Shown: piece by piece, positions 1 through 1,031 of the stretch | Layout of the letters: each line of letters starts with the position of its first letter | How positions within the stretch are numbered: position 1 is the first letter of the stretch | Assembly: GCA_000004985.1 (NCBI GenBank) | Contig: GG739606.1 | DNA length: 1,031 nt | Direction: 5' to 3' (one strand) | DNA from: Naegleria gruberi | Taxonomy: Eukaryota | The notes under the pieces: model-generated | Told to the model about the DNA's origin: nothing | Databases searched by the model: none | What the model saw: the letters and a program-made list of their open reading frames with translations, nothing else | Program-made: the position numbers and the translations under genes

Positions 1-176
1 ATTGCAATATTGAGATTCGAACAACCATGCGAAGTTATTGGAAATACACAACACCGATGATACGCCAATTACAAATTTTCCTTATTGACAAGCTACATAC
101 TAAAAACCGCAAAGATAACAAATCCAAACAAATCACTAATCAATGGGTAAGTTTATGACAAGTTATGCATTATTTG

Positions 177-202
177 TACAGCACGTTTACTTCAAGTTTG
201 AC
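177..202 (+). repeat. Left arm of the 26-bp inverted repeat (terminal inverted repeat including the TA flank).
   Basis: Direct comparison with the reverse complement of 550-575 gives 25/26 matches. The single mismatch is at position 196 (g here, a in the partner). Confidence 0.9.
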
Positions 203-225
203 AAGATTTGGGGAAATTAAAATTG

Positions 226-233
226 TTTTTTTT
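226..233 (+). repeat. Poly(dT) homopolymer tract (T8) inside the element, embedded in the palindrome-like ttaaaattg-T8-aaaatttaaa.
   Basis: Seen in sequence. Established knowledge: poly(dA:dT) tracts of at least 8 exclude nucleosomes in yeast promoters. Confidence 0.3.
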
Positions 234-545
234 AAAATTTAAAGTATTTCATCTTTCAATTTTGATTTGGCAAGTAAACTCAACTTCATTTGAAAAGAAT
301 CTGTAACGATAATATTTTATTCAACAAAATGCTAATTTCTCGATGGAATTAAGGTAGTTTTGAAATCTGACTTCAAATTATGAATCCTCGCATTGACATA
401 CCCCTTGGGGTGGCAGCATTCTCAAAAATATGTAGAAATGAGTAAGAACGAGTGATTAGGTGTTGTTCTATTGAAATGCTTATTTTGGATTTGACAGCAG
501 AAGAACAACAAAATTTTTTCTAAACAATTTATTTTCTTTCAAAAA

Positions 546-553
546 ACGCGTCA
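546..553. promoter_or_regulatory. MCB-like motif ACGCGTCA (MluI cell-cycle box consensus ACGCGTNA) directly abutting the right terminal inverted repeat.
   Basis: Seen in sequence: the palindrome acgcgt lies at 546-551 in an otherwise GC-poor region. Established knowledge: MBF-type G1/S factors bind ACGCGT in yeasts. It is a single copy, so the call is weak. Confidence 0.15.
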
Positions 554-575
554 AATTTGAAGTAAACGTGCTGTA
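550..575 (-). repeat. Right arm of the 26-bp inverted repeat (terminal inverted repeat including the TA flank).
   Basis: Its reverse complement, tacagcacgtttacttcaaatttgac, matches 177-202 at 25/26 positions. Confidence 0.9.
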
Positions 576-636
576 TCGGGAAAGAGTCCTTTGATGGCAT
601 TCTTCTTTTTGTAACAAAAATTTCCTTTCGAATAAT

Positions 637-641
637 TATAA
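637..641 (+). promoter_or_regulatory. TATA-like element (tataa within aataattataacaacg), about 140 bp upstream of the ATG.
   Basis: This is the only TATAA pentamer between the right terminal inverted repeat and the start codon. The distance fits yeast TATA-to-ATG spacing if the 5' UTR is short, but AT-rich DNA produces such matches by chance. Confidence 0.2.
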
Positions 642-751
642 CAACGAAAAATCAAATCTCCTCAACTCACAAATGTAACCAAGATGTGCATTTTCAGTCC
701 TGTTCACAACAAACATTGTCAAATTGATTCGAATAGATTTAAACATTTCAA

Positions 752-778
752 AGATACAAAAAACAAGAAAAAAACAAA
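752..778 (+). promoter_or_regulatory. A-rich 5' leader and translation-initiation context (agatacaaaaaacaagaaaaaaacaaaATG) upstream of the CDS.
   Basis: Seen in sequence: the leader is almost purely A/C with A at -3 and no upstream out-of-frame ATG between the in-frame stop at 740 and 779. Established knowledge: highly expressed and regulatory budding-yeast genes favour A-rich leaders of this kind. Confidence 0.4.
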
Positions 779-1031
779 ATGACAAACCAACAACAAGATG
801 GTGGAGTAATTAACACCACCTTCTCATCACCTCCAAACCAACAGTTTCGTATAAATTCACCACCTTCTCTCACTAACCTGACAAGTCAAACTTCATCTCA
901 AGACACAATGCTTGCTGACTCACCAACCAAGATCAATAACAGTTCTCTTAATAGAAGAGAGTCCTCCACTCAAAAATCTACAACTAAAAGTTTACCATCC
1001 TCATCCAAAACTCCAAGAAGCTCCTCAGTAC
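779..1031 (+). CDS. 5'-complete, 3'-truncated CDS whose first 84 codons are read through. The product has a Ser/Thr/Asn/Gln/Pro-rich intrinsically disordered N-terminus, typical of fungal transcription regulators or other nuclear regulatory proteins. The specific product is not identifiable from this fragment. Translation: MTNQQQDGGVINTTFSSPPNQQFRINSPPSLTNLTSQTSSQDTMLADSPTKINNSSLNRRESSTQKSTTKSLPSSSKTPRSSSV...
   Basis: Seen in sequence: ATG at 779 is the first ATG after an in-frame TAA at 740-742, and the frame stays open to the window edge (84 codons in about 30% GC DNA). The other two + frames terminate immediately. Context aaaATGa has A at -3 with an A-rich leader (752-778), as in budding yeasts. 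Codon choice is strongly yeast-like: CAA for Gln, AGA for Arg, CCA/CCT for Pro, GGT/GGA for Gly, TCT/TCA/TCC for Ser, and no CGN or CCG. By my hand count the protein is about 24% Ser and 14% Thr, with no hydrophobic signal peptide. One in-frame CTG at 878-880 would be Ser in CTG-clade yeasts. The organism and product class are inferences. Confidence 0.78.
   Translation, partial: MTNQQQDGGVINTTFSSPPNQQFRINSPPSLTNLTSQTSSQDTMLADSPTKINNSSLNRRESSTQKSTTKSLPSSSKTPRSSSV

Larger units (their letters stand above)
177..575. mobile_element. Putative non-autonomous MITE-like DNA transposon of Tc1/mariner type. The element body is 179-573 (395 bp) with 24-bp terminal inverted repeats CAGCACGTTTACTTCAARTTTGAC. 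It is flanked by TA (177-178) and TA (574-575), consistent with a TA target-site duplication. There is no internal ORF, so it has no transposase.
   Basis: Seen in sequence: 177-202 tacagcacgtttacttcaagtttgac equals the reverse complement of 550-575 (tacagcacgtttacttcaaatttgac) at 25/26 positions. Identity drops abruptly outside both ends. The interior 203-549 is AT-rich and full of stops in all frames. The termini begin CAG..., as many Tc1-like ends do (Tc1 ends CAGTGC...). TA is self-complementary, so the TA flanks cannot be told apart from a 2-bp extension of the inverted repeat by sequence alone. Family assignment is inference. Confidence 0.5.

Noticed and set aside
143-151. ATG followed immediately by GTAAGT, suggesting an intron right after the start codon as in ribosomal-protein genes.
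   Set aside because: No TACTAAC branch-point or close match lies downstream anywhere before 779. The nearest matches (cactaat at 134-140 and tactaaa at 99-105) are upstream of the donor. The downstream CDS has its own well-contexted ATG.
3-158. Open reading frame in + frame 3 from the window edge to TGA at 156-158, about 51 codons with an internal ATG at 27. It could be the 3' end of an upstream gene.
   Set aside because: It uses codons that are very rare in budding or CTG-clade yeasts (CGA, CGC, CCG). The peptide (…KNRKDNKSKQITNQWVSL*) has no recognisable character. A 51-codon open stretch arises by chance at appreciable frequency when scanning six frames. Not called.
217-240. AT-only palindromic patches (ttttaaaa at 230-237, and ttaaaatt/aaaattt around the T8 tract).
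   Set aside because: Short A/T palindromes are expected at high frequency in DNA with about 30% GC. They are not evidence of a specific site beyond the poly(dT) tract already noted.
85-496. Multiple TTGACA hexamers (85-90, 197-202, 393-398, 491-496) matching the bacterial sigma70 -35 box.
   Set aside because: Overall the sequence is eukaryotic in character. No properly spaced TATAAT -10 partners or downstream bacterial ORFs with RBS are present. Most copies are explained by the TGACAAG motif or the terminal-repeat copies.
872-877. The sequence actaac/cactaac inside the CDS resembles the yeast branch-point TACTAAC.
   Set aside because: There is no GTAAGT or GTATGT donor within the CDS upstream of it, and the reading frame is continuous and codon-optimal across it. 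It is a coincidental Thr-Asn coding sequence.
1-1031. Screen for CRISPR arrays, tRNA or rRNA genes, and tandem direct repeats.
   Set aside because: There are no regularly spaced direct repeats, no tRNA-like conserved boxes or cloverleaf-capable segment, and no rRNA-like conserved blocks. The only significant repeat structure is the inverted repeat pair at 177-202 and 550-575.

Overview
This is an AT-rich window (GC visibly around one third) that reads as budding-yeast nuclear DNA, not prokaryotic. It contains about 780 bp of intergenic/promoter DNA followed by the 5' end of a protein-coding gene on the + strand. The gene starts at ATG 779-781 and runs off the window edge as 84 open codons. 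It has yeast-preferred codons (CAA, AGA, CCA, GGT, TCT/TCA), an A-rich leader with A at -3, and encodes a Ser/Thr/Asn/Gln/Pro-rich low-complexity N-terminus with no signal peptide. It also has one in-frame CTG codon, which would read as Ser in a CTG-clade Candida-like yeast. The most striking feature is in the promoter. A 26-bp inverted repeat with 25/26 identity (177-202 and 550-575) brackets a 395-bp AT-rich, ORF-less segment (179-573) that is immediately flanked by TA...TA and begins CAG.... This looks like a small non-autonomous Tc1/mariner-type MITE-like insertion about 200 bp upstream of the start codon. The element carries subterminal copies of an 8-mer shared with its termini, a T8 tract and an MCB-like ACGCGTCA site. 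No rRNA, tRNA, CRISPR or prokaryotic operon structure is evident. All calls are from reading the sequence by eye; no database search was possible.
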